Of a DNA stretch of 64,000 bases, positions 49,746 through 63,145 are shown piece after piece. A program made the position numbers and the translations under genes. Each line of letters opens with the position of its first letter. The first letter of the stretch is position 1. Under the pieces are notes generated by a model, which worked only from the letters and a program-made list of their open reading frames with translations, did no database searches and had not been told where the DNA came from. Source of the DNA: Octopus vulgaris (taxonomy: Eukaryota); the NCBI GenBank assembly GCA_951406725.2, contig OX597837.1, positions 3,720,001 through 3,784,000 on the forward strand, given 5' to 3'.

Positions 49746-50914
49746 TCGAACTCAGTAGATAAAGTGCTTGTAGAAATACCGCTAAGCATTTGGTCCCATG
49801 TGGGAACGACTTTGCCAATTTGCAGCACTCGTAAATGAGAAACTCAGAAGTAAATACCAATTAAACTACATCACCAAACGTAAATACCAAGAGTAGCATG
49901 TAACCGAGTTAAAAGTTTCGTGATAAATTTTAGCGGAATAAACTTATGTGGTCAATGATTATTTATAATTAAATCTTCCTAGATATTGATTTGTTTAATC
50001 ATAATGTGTATAGTTCAATATGCAAATCTATAATTATTAATCAACATACAGATTGATCAAATGTAAATTAGATAATTAACTCTATCCGAACTTTGTCGTT
50101 GCATAATTTATCTTAAGTGTCGATTGCAATATTTCTTCCTTCTTTCAAATCTCGATGTTTGATGGAAATGTGAGAGGGGTGGGGAGGCACCACAGTCGTG
50201 ACATACGATACATCTAAGATATCTAAACATAGTTGAGGGCCCCGCTCCACTCCCACGTGTTTGATTGCAACCGTTTTCTTCTAGAGAGAAATTAAATCAC
50301 ACTGTACGACATGATTTTGTCCTTTTGCTTACCTCTAGAAAGTATAAAAAATAAGTTAATTTTCCCTTCAAGTTTTACTTTTGTTACTTTTATTCAAACA
50401 CAAAAGAATCCCTCTCAAGAAATGGCTTTGATGCCCCCTACACTTCCTGCTCATGATCAGAGATGCACATATTGTCAGCAGCTAAGTGACATGCTCAAGT
50501 GATTAAGGTCAAGCAACTGACAAGAAAATTTGTGGTATTGAGCAGAATATTCGATAGAACGATATTTCTCCTGCAGTCACACAGCAACACAATCTGTCTG
50601 AAATGTAATGGAAAATAAGTCAGTTTCAAAACGTTGATGTCCAGGTCACAAAAGCAAAGTTTGACAAAAGCAAAGTTTGAAGGGAATAGTAGTCACTTCC
50701 TTTGATTTCTAGATAAAAGCAAATAGGAAGTGAATCTTTATTTGCATGCTGTATATATGTATCTATATTTTATATATTTATATCAAGCAATTTAATTTGT
50801 TTATTTGCACAATCGTCTCTTTCTATAGAAATCTGTACGTAACTCCTCTCTGTCTGTGGCATTCTGTGAAGAATTCTATAATTCTACAGAAAAGAAAACC
50901 CGAGTAATCTTGTC

Positions 50915-51087
50915 AGAACGCGTTGTGTTCTTGAGCAAAACACTTCCTTTCACGTTGCTCCAGTCCACTCAGCTGACAAAAAAGAGTATCGCTGCGATGG
51001 ACTGGCATCATGTCCAGCTGCAGAACACATACGCCATTGAAACTGGGCCCATGAGCCTGGCTAGGCTTTAAAAGGGCGTATTTATTA
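50915..51087 (+). mobile_element. SINE 3' half (family of 62838-63145)
   Basis: CTGCGATGGACTGGC..CCAGCTG..AACACATAC..ATGAGCCTGGCTAGGCTT matches 63045-63130. Confidence 0.7.
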
Positions 51088-51103
51088 TTTGGCGGTACAT
51101 ATT

Positions 51104-51136
<33 letters not shown>

Positions 51137-51187
51137 GGCCCCTGCGCAATGGATGACACGCAAATTCGTGAAGCGTTCCATATTTTT
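51088..51187 (+). pseudogene. U6: U6 snRNA retrocopy (5' end missing or degenerate, one extra T in the ISL region)
   Basis: CTAAAATTGGAACGATACAGAGAAGATTAGCATGGCCCCTGCGCAA(T)GGATGACACGCAAATTCGTGAAGCGTTCCATATTTTT is the canonical U6 body; a SINE, not a PSE/TATA promoter, lies upstream. Confidence 0.92.
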
Positions 51188-51366
51188 AAACCCTCCTTCC
51201 CTTCTTTCCTGAGCGTCAATAATACTTTAATTGTTCCACGTCCTGCGTTGCTGTGCTTTTTTCTCTTATTTTCTCTTTTTTTCTGTGTTTTCTTGTTTGG
51301 ATTAACTATATATATATATAATTCTTGTTAAGATCCCTTATTAAGAGATTATCCTTAATTGTTAAA

Positions 51367-51402
<36 letters not shown>

Positions 51403-51803
51403 AACATATATATATATATATATATGTACACATATATCTGTACTGTATGTATATATCATGAATATATGTAGTTAAGTATATATGGCATATGTCATATATA
51501 AATAAATATATCTAATTCTCAATACACTAATGAGATGTATAATTAATAAGGTCTTTATTAATCCGAAAGTGATATATTGAATTTCGTTGGTGCTAAACGA
51601 CCAAATTAAAATAATGCTACATAATGCTATAATCTCCAATTTTGTGGTATTGAGTTCCCTCCACTAATCCGTTATCATTACTAACGCGCGCGTAGGTGTA
51701 TGTGTGCGTGTGTATATATATATTTATATATATACCTATTTATAGATATGTATATATATATATATGTGTGTACATATATATGCATATATATATACATATA
51801 TAT

Positions 51804-51924
<121 letters not shown>

Positions 51925-52449
51925 GAGAGAGAGAGAGAGAGGGGGGAGAGTGAGAGAGAGAGAGGGGAGAGAGTGAGAGAGAGAGGGGGAGAGAGTGAGA
52001 GAGAAAATAAAGATAGATAGAGAGACAGACAGATAGATAGATAGATACATACATACATTCATACAAACATACATACATACATACCTACATACAAACATAC
52101 ATACAAACATACAAACATACATACATACATACAAACATACAAACATACATACATACAAACATACCAACATACCTACCTACCTACCTACCTACATACATAC
52201 ATTCATACCTACCTACCTACCTACCTACCTACCTACATACATACATACATACATACATACATACATACATACATACATACATACATACATACATACATAC
52301 ATACATACATACATACATACATACATACATACATACATACATAATATATGATGTGCATACATACACGCTGGCGTGGCTGTCTGGTACGACAGTTGTCATG
52401 GTTCCAGGTCAAGACTCAAATACCACAGTACCAATTCATTTCTTGTCTA

Positions 52450-53035
52450 CTGTAGGCACAAGGCTCGAAATTTCGGGGGAGGGGCTTAGTCGATTACATC
52501 GACCCCAGTACCCAGCTAGTATTTAATTTATTGATCCCCCCACTCCCGAAAGGATGAAACGCAAAGTCGACCTCGGCAGAATTTGAACTCAGAACGTAAA
52601 TACAGATGTAATACCTATTTCTTTATTACCCACAAGGGGCTAAACACCGATGGGACAAACAAGGACAGACAAACGGATTAAGTCGATTACATCGACCCCA
52701 GTGCGTAACTGGTACTTATTTAATCGACCCCGAAAGGATGAAAGGCAAAATCGACCTCATCGGAATTTGAACTCAGAACGTAGCGGCAGACGAAATACCT
52801 ATTTCTTTACTACCCACAAGGGACTAAACACAGAGACAACAAACAAGAACAGACAAAGATATTAAGTCGATTACATCGACCCCAGTGCGTAACTGGTACT
52901 TAATTTATCGACCCCAAAAGGATGAAAGGCAAAGTCGACCTCAGCGGAATTTGAACTCAGAACATAACGGCAGACGAAATGCCACTAAGCATTTTGCCCG
53001 GCGAGCTAACATTTCTGCCAGCTCGCCGCCTTTCT
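52450..53035 (-). mobile_element. Tandem SINE-derived array, about 3 units of ~183 bp
   Basis: GAAAGGATGAAAGGCAAAGTCGACCTCGGCGGAATTTGAACTCAGAACG repeats; the last unit carries the tRNA-like head. Confidence 0.8.
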
Positions 53036-54167
53036 CTAACGATTCTGCCAGAAGTGAATTTTGTTATGGATTGCGAATTCAAAATACGGAGACGATTTTG
53101 GCCATAAATATCTTTGGCTGTTGATCAGCCATAGACCATGATAGAATATCATGGCTTCATAACAGAAATTTTTTGTTGCATCTCTTTGTTTCCACTTTAC
53201 CGCTGAAATCGTCTATAGTTTTAATGAACACCGTTAGATTAAAAAACATTTAGGTTTTGAACTAATTTCCGAAATTTATCTTTCATTACTGTAACTGATT
53301 TTTCTTTATACGTTCATCTTTGTAATATTCCCTCCCCATCACCTCCACTCTAGATGAAAATATTGTAATATTGCCACCACCATCACCTCCACACTAAATG
53401 AAAACAAAGAATAAAAAACAAATAATTTACCGGCAAAGATTTATTAAAATGGCGCTTAAATGATTATTTTCCAAAAGTAAAACGATGCGAAATCTCATAT
53501 ACAAAAATTACCAAAGATTCTAAAGTAAATGTAGTACTTAGTCGTCTTTCTTCCTTCATATCTAATCGATATTTCTAAACTTAGGGAGGTGTGATGTTAA
53601 GAAAATATGTAAAAGAAAAACTGTGCTGCTGTTCTAAAAGACGTTACTAAGTATACGAAAAATAGAAACGAATATGGGTAAAGTCATAGCTATTGAAATT
53701 CCTTTCATTACTCTGTATTTTCGGAATTGAATCTATTGTGTGTTGGCATCTTGGGCAAAAATCTTTGATTATAGTCAAGGTGCTAACTAAAGTCTAGGAA
53801 GTAAAATTCGATTATCAGAAACTCGGCTGAAAAAAAATCCCGCTGGGGAGAATATGGTTCCTTCGTTGGTCGACATAATCAGCCATTCGAGTTATGTCTA
53901 CCACCTTCTCATCTTTGGCTAGTTTTTGCGGTTTCAATTCTCTTCCAAATTCAGAAGCTACATCTCTAATATTAGTATAACTGCCTTCTTTCTTTCACAA
54001 GCCTATCCCGGGCTCCCGTTCAATAATCTCCCGGGAATTGTTCTTCCTCTTAAGCATCAGTCAGAAAATTTTCCTTGTAAGGATTGTAATTTTTTTCGTG
54101 TGTCAATATTTTATATTTTCATATTTTTCAATGAATGGTCGTCGCACTTTAAGTATAAATATTCTCA

Positions 54168-54895
54168 ATGCGTAACTGGTACTTAATTTATCGACCCCGA
54201 AAGGATGAAAGGCAAAGTCGACTACGGCGGAATTTGAACTCAGAACGTAACGGAAGACGAAATACCTATTTCTTTACTACCCACAAGGGGCTAAACACAG
54301 AGAGGACAAACAAGGACAGACAAACGGATTAAGTCGATTATATGGACACCAGTGCGTAACTGGTACTTAATGTATCGACCCCGAAAGGATGAAAGGCAAA
54401 GTCGACTTCGGCGGAATTTGAACTCAGAACGTAACGGAAGACGAAATACCTATTTCTTTACTACCCACAAGGGGCTAAACACAGAGAGGACAAACAAGGA
54501 CAGACAAACGGATTAAGTCTATTACAATTATCCCAGTGCGTAACTGGTACTTAATTTATCGACCCCGAAAGGATGAAAGGCAAAGTCGACTTCGGCGGAA
54601 TTTGAACTCAGAACGTAACGGAAGACGAAATACCTATTTCTTTATTACCCACAAGGGGCTAAACACAGAGAGGACAAACAAGGACAGACAAACGGATTAA
54701 GTCGATTATATCGACCCCAGTACGTAAATGGTACTTAATTTATCGACCCCGAACTGATGAAAGGCAAAGTCGACCCCGAACGGATGAAAGGCAAAGTCGA
54801 CCTCGGCGGAATTTGAACTCAGAACGTAGCGGCAGACGAAATATTGCTAAGCATTTCTCCCGGCGTGCTTAACGTTTCTGCCAGCTCGCCGCCTT
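54168..54895 (-). mobile_element. Tandem SINE-derived array, about 4 units of 183-185 bp
   Basis: TGCGTAACTGGTACTTAAT at ~54169, 54353, 54537 and (variant) 54721. Confidence 0.85.
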
Positions 54896-55853
54896 CACAC
54901 ACACACGAACATACACACACACACATATATATAATATTTGCATACGTACATACATATATATGTGTGTGTGAGTGTGTGTTTGTGTACGTGTGTGTGCATT
55001 TATATGCGTCATGGTGTTTGTGTTTGTCCGCCCCTCACCATAGTTTATCCTCATTACTTTCTCGTATCATTTATCGTCACCTGTGATATTATAAATTCAT
55101 CCATTTTGTTTATTTAATTTCTCTATGATTTTTGAAAACTAAGTTCACCACCAGAGGACACTAAATGAAAGTGAAGACGTCACATTTCTATGGATTCCTT
55201 GAAAACTCCTATATTTATATTATACATATACTTACCTAACAAGATATATTTGTATATAGAGATAAGATTTATTTTCAATGAATGAATGTTGTTCTGGTTA
55301 ATAGGTTAATAAGGAAGGAATCTGTTGAGACATTAGCTCTTCCGACGGCATAATTTCATAGATTTGTTCCGGTACTATCATTGTGAGTTCGAATCTTGCG
55401 AGAGCTTGTCCTTAATAAGTATTGTCCTTAATAAGTATATTGAGGCTTCTTCTTCTGCTTCTTTCTTCTTCTTCTTCTTCTTCTTCTTCTTCTTCTTCTT
55501 CTTCTTCTTCTTCTTCTTCTTCTTCTTCTTCTTCTTCTTCTTCTTCTGTCGGTTTACTTAACAGAACGATCTGGGGAGAAGAAAATCTGTTCTCACTTTA
55601 GATGCTACATAGCAATGGTAATTAAAATTTAACTGTAGAATCATATCTCGTCTACGTCGTCTTTTATTGCAGAGTTAATGAAAATCACGAAATTGGAGTG
55701 AGATTTACAATTTGCAGTGCCAGGATGGTTTTATAAATTTCAGAACGGAAATTTATGTAATTTCTCTAATCAGAAGGCATAGGAATGTTTACATACATGC
55801 ATACTTACATACGTATATATATATATATTTATTTTATTTTATTATATAGAAGG

Positions 55854-55904
55854 AGCTTCTACAGGACTAGAACTGTTTCATTCAAGAGAAATCTTCAGGA
55901 AGCT
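55854..55904 (-). ncRNA. Minimal type-I hammerhead ribozyme
   Basis: Reverse complement of AGCTTC CTGAAGA TTTCTCTTGAAT GAAA CAGTTCTAGTCCTG TA GAAGCT. Confidence 0.72.
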
Positions 55905-56263
55905 AGTTAACAAGAATTGTATTGGCATTTATACATTTAGGCAGGTTTAAAGGGGTGGTGGTGGGGGACTTTTTGGGGGTAGGCATAGCGCAAAAAAATC
56001 ATACTTGGGGGAGTGGTCAAGGAGTCAGTGGTAAATTAGATAGAAGAATAAATAAAAGAATAAAAAAGGGAGAATAAAAAAATATATAGAGGAATAGAGT
56101 TTTAGGTAAATAAGGAAAATCTCACTTATACCTATACACATATGTATACATATATACACACACACACACACATATACATACTCACATACATACACACACA
56201 CCCATATATATGTATATATATATATACACACACACATACATATACATACATATATCTACACAC

Positions 56264-56317
<54 letters not shown>

Positions 56318-56431
56318 ATATATACATACACATATACATGCACATACATATACACACACACATGTATATATGCACACACACACACGACCACACATACACA
56401 TACACACATACACACACATATATATCCACAT

Positions 56432-56480
<49 letters not shown>

Positions 56481-57214
56481 CATATGTGTACCTATTCATA
56501 CCTACACATACACACATATACACATACAAATACAAACCCATTCCCTAATTTTAATTTTATAATCTTCATTTATTACTTTTGTTATCTTTGACCGCTGGTC
56601 ACAAACATCTTGGCTACGACAACCAGTCCCTTTTATCTTTCTACTTGAGCACAAGCACTCACTCACGCACGCACACTCGTTAGCACGCACACTCACTCAT
56701 TCGTACACTCACACACATACACGCACGCACGCGTCACATTCATACATACATACATCTACATACACACACGTATATACACATACGTACGCGCACCTACAGA
56801 TTCATGTCTACAATCATACATCCATTGGTGCATATGTATACATACATCCATTGGTGCATATGTATAGACCAGTCCTCCAAGATTGTAGACATGAATCTGC
56901 AGGCACGCGCACGCATGTGCATATACGTGTATGCATGCAGATGCATGTATGTATGAATACAACGCGTGCGTGCGTGTATGTGTATGAGTGTACGAATGAG
57001 TGAGTGTGCGTGCCAACGAGTGTGCGTGCGTGAGTGAGTGCCTGTGCTCAAGCAGAAAGATAAAAGGGACCGGCTGTCGCAGCCAAGATGTTTGTGACCA
57101 GCGGTCAAAGATAACAAAAGCAACAAATGAAGATAATAAAACTAAAATTAGGGAATGGGTTTGTATTTGTATGTGTATATGTGTGTATGTGTAGGTATGA
57201 ATAGGTACACATAT

Positions 57215-57269
<55 letters not shown>

Positions 57270-57468
57270 TGTGTATAAGTACATATGAGTATATAGGGAC
57301 TTGTGTGTTGTGTGTGCATGTGTGTATGTGGATATATATGTGTGTGTATGTGTGTATGTGTATGTGTGTGTATGTATATATTTTTTTGTGTATATGTGTA
57401 TGTGTGGTCGTGTGTGTGTGTGCATATATACATGTGTGTGTGTATATGTATGTGCATGTATATGTGTA

Positions 57469-57511
<43 letters not shown>

Positions 57512-57540
57512 GTGTGTGTAGATATATGTATGTATATGTA

Positions 57541-57575
<35 letters not shown>

Positions 57576-57874
57576 GGGTGTGTGTGTATGTATGTGAGTA
57601 TGTATATGTGTGTGTGTGTGTGTATATATGTATACATATGTGTATAGGTATAAGTGAGATTTTCCTTATTTACCTAAAACTCTATTCCTCTATATATTTT
57701 TTTATTCTCCCTTTTTTTATTCTTTTATTTATTCTTCTATCTAATTTACCACTGACTCCTTGACCACTCCCCCAAGTATGATTTTTTTGCGCTATGCCTA
57801 CCCCCAAAAGTCCCCCACCACCACCCCTTTAAACCTGCCTAAATGTATAAATGCCAATACAATTCTTGTTAACT

Positions 57875-57925
57875 AGCTTCCTGAAGATTTCTCTTGAATG
57901 AAACAGTTCTAGTCCTGTAGAAGCT
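57875..57925 (+). ncRNA. Minimal type-I hammerhead ribozyme
   Basis: AGCTTC CTGAAGA TTTCTCTTGAAT GAAA CAGTTCTAGTCCTG TA GAAGCT. Confidence 0.72.
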
Positions 57926-58008
57926 CCTTCTATATAATAAATTAATTTTACTCTGCTATGTATTGAGTACCTTATGTACTGTGGTTAACCCCGAATCAAC
58001 CCGGGACC

Positions 58009-58095
<87 letters not shown>

Positions 58096-58321
58096 TGTTA
58101 TATTTCGGAATGGTCATATTGCCAGTTTAGCCAATAAAAACACACGCACTATATATTTGGTGTTATTTTGCTTCAGTGATATTTATTTTTTACATTAATC
58201 TTAATCTTATTTCGGCCAAAGTTCTTTCGTCACACTCCTGTGACCGCATCAGTGGTCCTTTGTTTTCTTCTCACTTACTTGTGTCTCTCCTTACTAACCG
58301 TATACATCTCTCTCTCTCTCT

Positions 58322-58383
<62 letters not shown>

Positions 58384-58449
58384 CATACATACATACATAT
58401 ATATACGCATATATATATACACATAGATACATGCACATATACGTAGATT

Positions 58450-58484
<35 letters not shown>

Positions 58485-59066
58485 GCACATTATGTATACA
58501 TAAATACAGAATCACATATATACATATATATATATATATGTATATATATATACATATATATATATATGTGTATATATATCTATATATATATATACGCACG
58601 CATAAATAAATTAAATAGACCCGCGCACAAATCCAAACACACACATATAGACATATACAGACTACATAGCAATTTGCAAATTCATTTACGTGTTCATAAT
58701 ATCAAAGCAAAGCTATTCGGATTCTCTTATAATTACGAATGAAATACTACAAGTTTGTTCTACGGTAGTCTTTGATGTTACTGTTACCGAGTACAAGATG
58801 TTGGTGTATCTCGGGCAGCATCAGTGTTTCTCAACCGGGGCTCCCTTGAATTCTAGGGTTTCACAAAAGATTCCTATGGGTTCACCGAGTAAGAGTGAGA
58901 TGAGCTAATGCTAATTTCATGATCGTAACATTACTATACATGCACATGTTATCGGTTATTGTAATATTGCAATACAAATACAACATCCTATCTAACGTAT
59001 TATCTTATCAAAAAACTATAACAACCATATATATATATATATATATATATCTATATCTATATATAT

Positions 59067-59097
<31 letters not shown>

Positions 59098-59149
59098 TAT
59101 ATATGTATGAACACTCTTTTACTTGTTTCAGTCATTTGACTGTGGCTTA

Positions 59150-59462
59150 CATCAAGCGCCTGGAGGAGGTAGTGCTGCCCTTGGTCGAGAGGGTCGCAGG
59201 ACTCTGCACCACGCGACATCCCAGTCATGACTGTCAGACAATTTCTGAGACCACATCACTCCTAACATCTGGCCAACTAACTAACTCCCCAGTCTGCAAC
59301 CCCCTTGATTATTATGAATGGGGCGCAGTTAAGTGAGAGACCAACAAAATCCCTTGTAACACCAAAGATGAACTAAAGTCAAAGAATATGGCAGCATTCA
59401 CCAACTTAAACAAAGAGACTATCCAGAGGAGTTGTAGAAGATTCCGAAGTTGTTTGTAGGCC
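59150..59462 (+). mobile_element. Tc1-like transposase C-terminal remnant
   Basis: NSPVCNPLDYYEWGAVK.ETNKIPCNTKDELK resembles the SPDLNPxD/E motif. Confidence 0.7.
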
Positions 59463-59603
59463 GTTTCCGTCTACCAAATCCACTCACAAGGCTTTGGTCG
59501 GCCCGAGGCTATAGTAGAAGACACTTGTCCAAGGTGCCACGCAGTGGGACTGAACCCGGAACCATGTGGTTGGTTAGCAAGCTACTTACCACACAGCCAC
59601 TCC
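59463..59603 (-). mobile_element. SINE 5' half
   Basis: Same family as 21320-21732. Confidence 0.8.
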
Positions 59604-59991
59604 GCTGATTAATTTCTTTAAAATATTATTTTATATCTAAATATTTCTATCAGTTTCAATATTAAATTCACCTCTCGAAAGCTCTGAAGTTAAAATCAAA
59701 AAATATATTTCTACGGTTTCCCTCAAATGTCTAAGTAGATCATATTTATCTGAATTGAGATGTCTGTTCATGAATGTATAATTAGATTTACTCTTTACGC
59801 ATTTGCGGTGTCTGGAGGCTACAAGTTGACAAAGTGATACCTAGTTTATTGAGTGGTATTCATTCCGGTTCTCCGTTTACTGGGTTCAAGTTCTGCTGAG
59901 GTCAACAGTCTTTTTATTTGTTCGAAATCGATACAGAAAATTCTAGTTAAGGACTGTGGCCTGTTCTCCTTTACTATCTACCCCCTCTCTA

Positions 59992-60066
<75 letters not shown>

Positions 60067-60526
60067 TTGCTTATTTGTAAAAAAATATAACATGTGACTT
60101 CATTGACCGAGGTTACCGTGGTCTTTTCCGTAGGCTTTTCTTTCCACGGGTAAACCTCACCTGTCTTCCCCTTTACACTTTATATTGATATTTCTGTGAT
60201 AACGATCCCTATTGATCAATTTTTTCCTTTCCCTTTTTTTCCTTCCCTCTTTTTTTTTTTAATTTTATCCCCCACTTTTTTTTGTCCTCTTTCTTTCCTT
60301 TTACGATCCCCTTTGATCGAAAACCAAACCCCCTTTTTTACCCCCAAAAGAAAAGCTCTACCTTGTAATTTGTCCGGTCTGTGTGCAGCCCTATGTGGCT
60401 AATAAAGAAACATATCTATCTATTTTTCTATCTATCTAACTGTCTTTCTGTCTGTCTCTAAGAATTTGTGGATCTTTTCACTTTGAATTTGCGCAAACAG
60501 AAGAAATTCGTATAAGTGTTCAGACA

Positions 60527-60592
<66 letters not shown>

Positions 60593-61179
60593 GCTGTGTG
60601 TTGTGTAGGCTCCTATGTTTTTGAGTTTCTATTACGTTTTTCTTATTTTGTTTTGATTTAAATATTTTTCCCTTTGTACGACTGTACACTGATTAAGTCC
60701 TCTCGACGTTACTGTTTCGAGTCCGCAGACTCATAGGGCCGACTGCTCGGCTTCAGTACCGTGCAAGCGACTGAGGTTGCAGTATTTCTTCACTGAGCTG
60801 AACGCTAGTACGTCGTATGGCTATTCATTTACAGCTAGCTGGGTGAACTGGAGCAATGTGAAATGGCGAGTTTTGCTAAAAGATCCGGTTTTTTTGGAAT
60901 CGAAACGACGATTTCTCAATCACGAGTACAGCACTCTAACCCGTAGGTCACGTGCTTTCACTCGTTGATTGGCGTAGGTAAACGAATTTGTCAAGAGGCT
61001 ACGTGAGTCAGTGTCCACATACGCATTGGAAACACAATAGCTATCTATGTATTTCTCTAGAGTTTTACATATATGTACATACAACGTATGCATGGTGTTG
61101 TTATTGATCCTATGTGTATAAGTATGTATATATATATATGTGTATATGTATATACATGCAAATGTATACAAACATACAT

Positions 61180-61222
<43 letters not shown>

Positions 61223-61345
61223 ATAAGTTATATGATGTATAAAAACATGCAATATACAAATAAATATCTGTAGATATAAAACCATCTGAATTTCTGAGTA
61301 CCTCGTTTCTTCTAATATAAAATACCTGTACATCATCTCCAAATC

Positions 61346-61404
<59 letters not shown>

Positions 61405-61639
61405 AGCACACATGCACGTACATACAATATATATGTATTGTAGAATTTGGCCAATTTTCCAAGCACTTGTTACAGATTCCCTAAGTGTATGATGAGAACC
61501 AGAGCTGAAACCCTGGATCAATAATCCTATATGTCAACAACGAACGTTATTCTATTTTGAGATTTGCTTACACACAATGCAATTCAACCTCGAAATTCAC
61601 ATAGAAAAAAAATAAGACAGTTATGTGAGTATATGTCTA

Positions 61640-62080
61640 GATTTTTACATATACAAACTTCCTTCAAGAAGTTTTGAGACTTTTTCAGGAGAGACATGTA
61701 TTTATATTTCAAAGAAGTATCAAACTCTAATTCTTTCAAAGTGAGTTCCTCTGACTTCGATGTACTTGTTGTAGTATTCCAGTCGTTTCGTGAAGGCTCC
61801 ATAGGAACCGTCCAAAATGAAGGTGTCCAGGATGCTTGCCACAGCCTCCTTCGTCTTCTTCAGTTTGGAGAATAACCAAAAATCATAGGGTGCATGATAT
61901 GGATTGCAAGGAGGGTGAGGGACAATTTTCATGCCAATCTGTGTCAAGTACTTGATTACCAGGATGGAAGTGTGAACCAGTGTATTGTCCTGGTGCAGGC
62001 GTTCTGACCTCTTCGAACAAAATCTCTTACCGAACTTTGCCATCAATCCTTGCGGGGACTTTAGCAGAAATACCAATTGA
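61640..62080 (-). mobile_element. Degraded mariner transposase
   Basis: LHQDNTLVHTS..IVPHPPCNPYHAPYDFWLFSKLK..RLEYYNKYIEVRGTHFE. Confidence 0.85.
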
Positions 62081-62837
62081 ACACGATGTAATCAATTTAA
62101 CTCTTTACGCGCATTTGCTCGCCTTGTCCTAAAATGTTAAATCAATATTATTTTCATATTTGCCTTTGTGACAGAACGTACCGGTGAATATTATGATTCG
62201 GCACATGCTCTTAAACAGTTTCACCATTGATGGTGCTGTTAACATCCAGCTTCACTTAACAGAATGATTGCGAAACCTATCCGAAATCATCTCCCTTATT
62301 TGCTACGGAAAAGGGAGTAACACGTTATTAGGAAATTTTGACTGATATGTTTCCAGTTTCCACTACAAATTGTTATTTCTAGCTAACTTTTACATGTCAT
62401 GTTGTGTTTGGGGAGGTCCATATTGTCTTAATGCCTTATTATCTAACACACTCACCGGTTCACTTTCCACTCATTATTTATATTTTTTCTTCCAAAATTT
62501 TCGTTTCTTTTGCAACCTTGTCAATGGATGTTGTTCTGTCCCTTACTGGAGCAGCTTTTGTATGTCGGTTGCCTCAGATTTGTTTATACCAACTTAATAC
62601 TCCATCTGTCTGGTTATATAAGTTACTGTCTCACTAAAAATGATCTCAAGTTAACTTTAAAACATCACATTTATTTATATTTCATAGGTTAAAATAAATT
62701 TTATTACTTTTCACACTGGTGCTGTCTGCAGATTATTTTTGCTCTAAACTATTCGACATTCTAAATAAAGTGAAGAAAGTATAAAACCGCTCAAAATTAT
62801 TCTTCTGCAAATTCTAATCAGTTATTATAAAGATGTA

Positions 62838-63145
62838 GAGGCGCAATGGCCCAGTGGTTAGAGCAGCGGACTCGCGGTCGGAGGATCGTGGTTTCGATTC
62901 CCAGACCGGGTGTTGTGTGTGTTTATTGAGTGAAAACACCCAAAGCTCTACGAGGCTCCGGCAGGGGGGTGGGGGTGGCGACCCCTGTTGTACTCGTTCA
63001 CTCCAACTTTCTCTCACTCTTTCTTCTTGTTTCTTGAGTAACACTGCGATGGACTGGCGTTCCCTCCAGCTGGGGGGAACACATACACCATGGAAACCGG
63101 GAAGCCGGGCACATGAGCCTGGCTAGGCTTGAAAAGGACGCATAA
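62838..63145 (+). mobile_element. tRNA-derived SINE, full length
   Basis: A-box TGGCCCAGTGG and B-box-like GGTTTCGATTCC, followed by a non-tRNA body and an A-rich tail. Confidence 0.8.

Larger units (their letters stand above)
55838..58011 (+). mobile_element. Second fold-back PLE derivative, same family as 3507-8052
   Basis: ~55838-56760 is inverted at ~56935-57941; same terminal HHR and same 3' tail (AAATTAATTTTACTCTGCTATG..CAACCCGGG). Confidence 0.8.

Noticed and set aside
51088-51187. Functional U6 gene
   Set aside because: 5' stem-loop missing or degenerate, an insertion in the ISL region, and a SINE in place of the upstream promoter.
61485-61525. TGATGAG..GAAACCC as a hammerhead
   Set aside because: Position 3 is A and there is no convincing stem I.
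62838-62910. Functional tRNA gene
   Set aside because: No proper acceptor stem or terminator; continues into a SINE body found elsewhere in the window.
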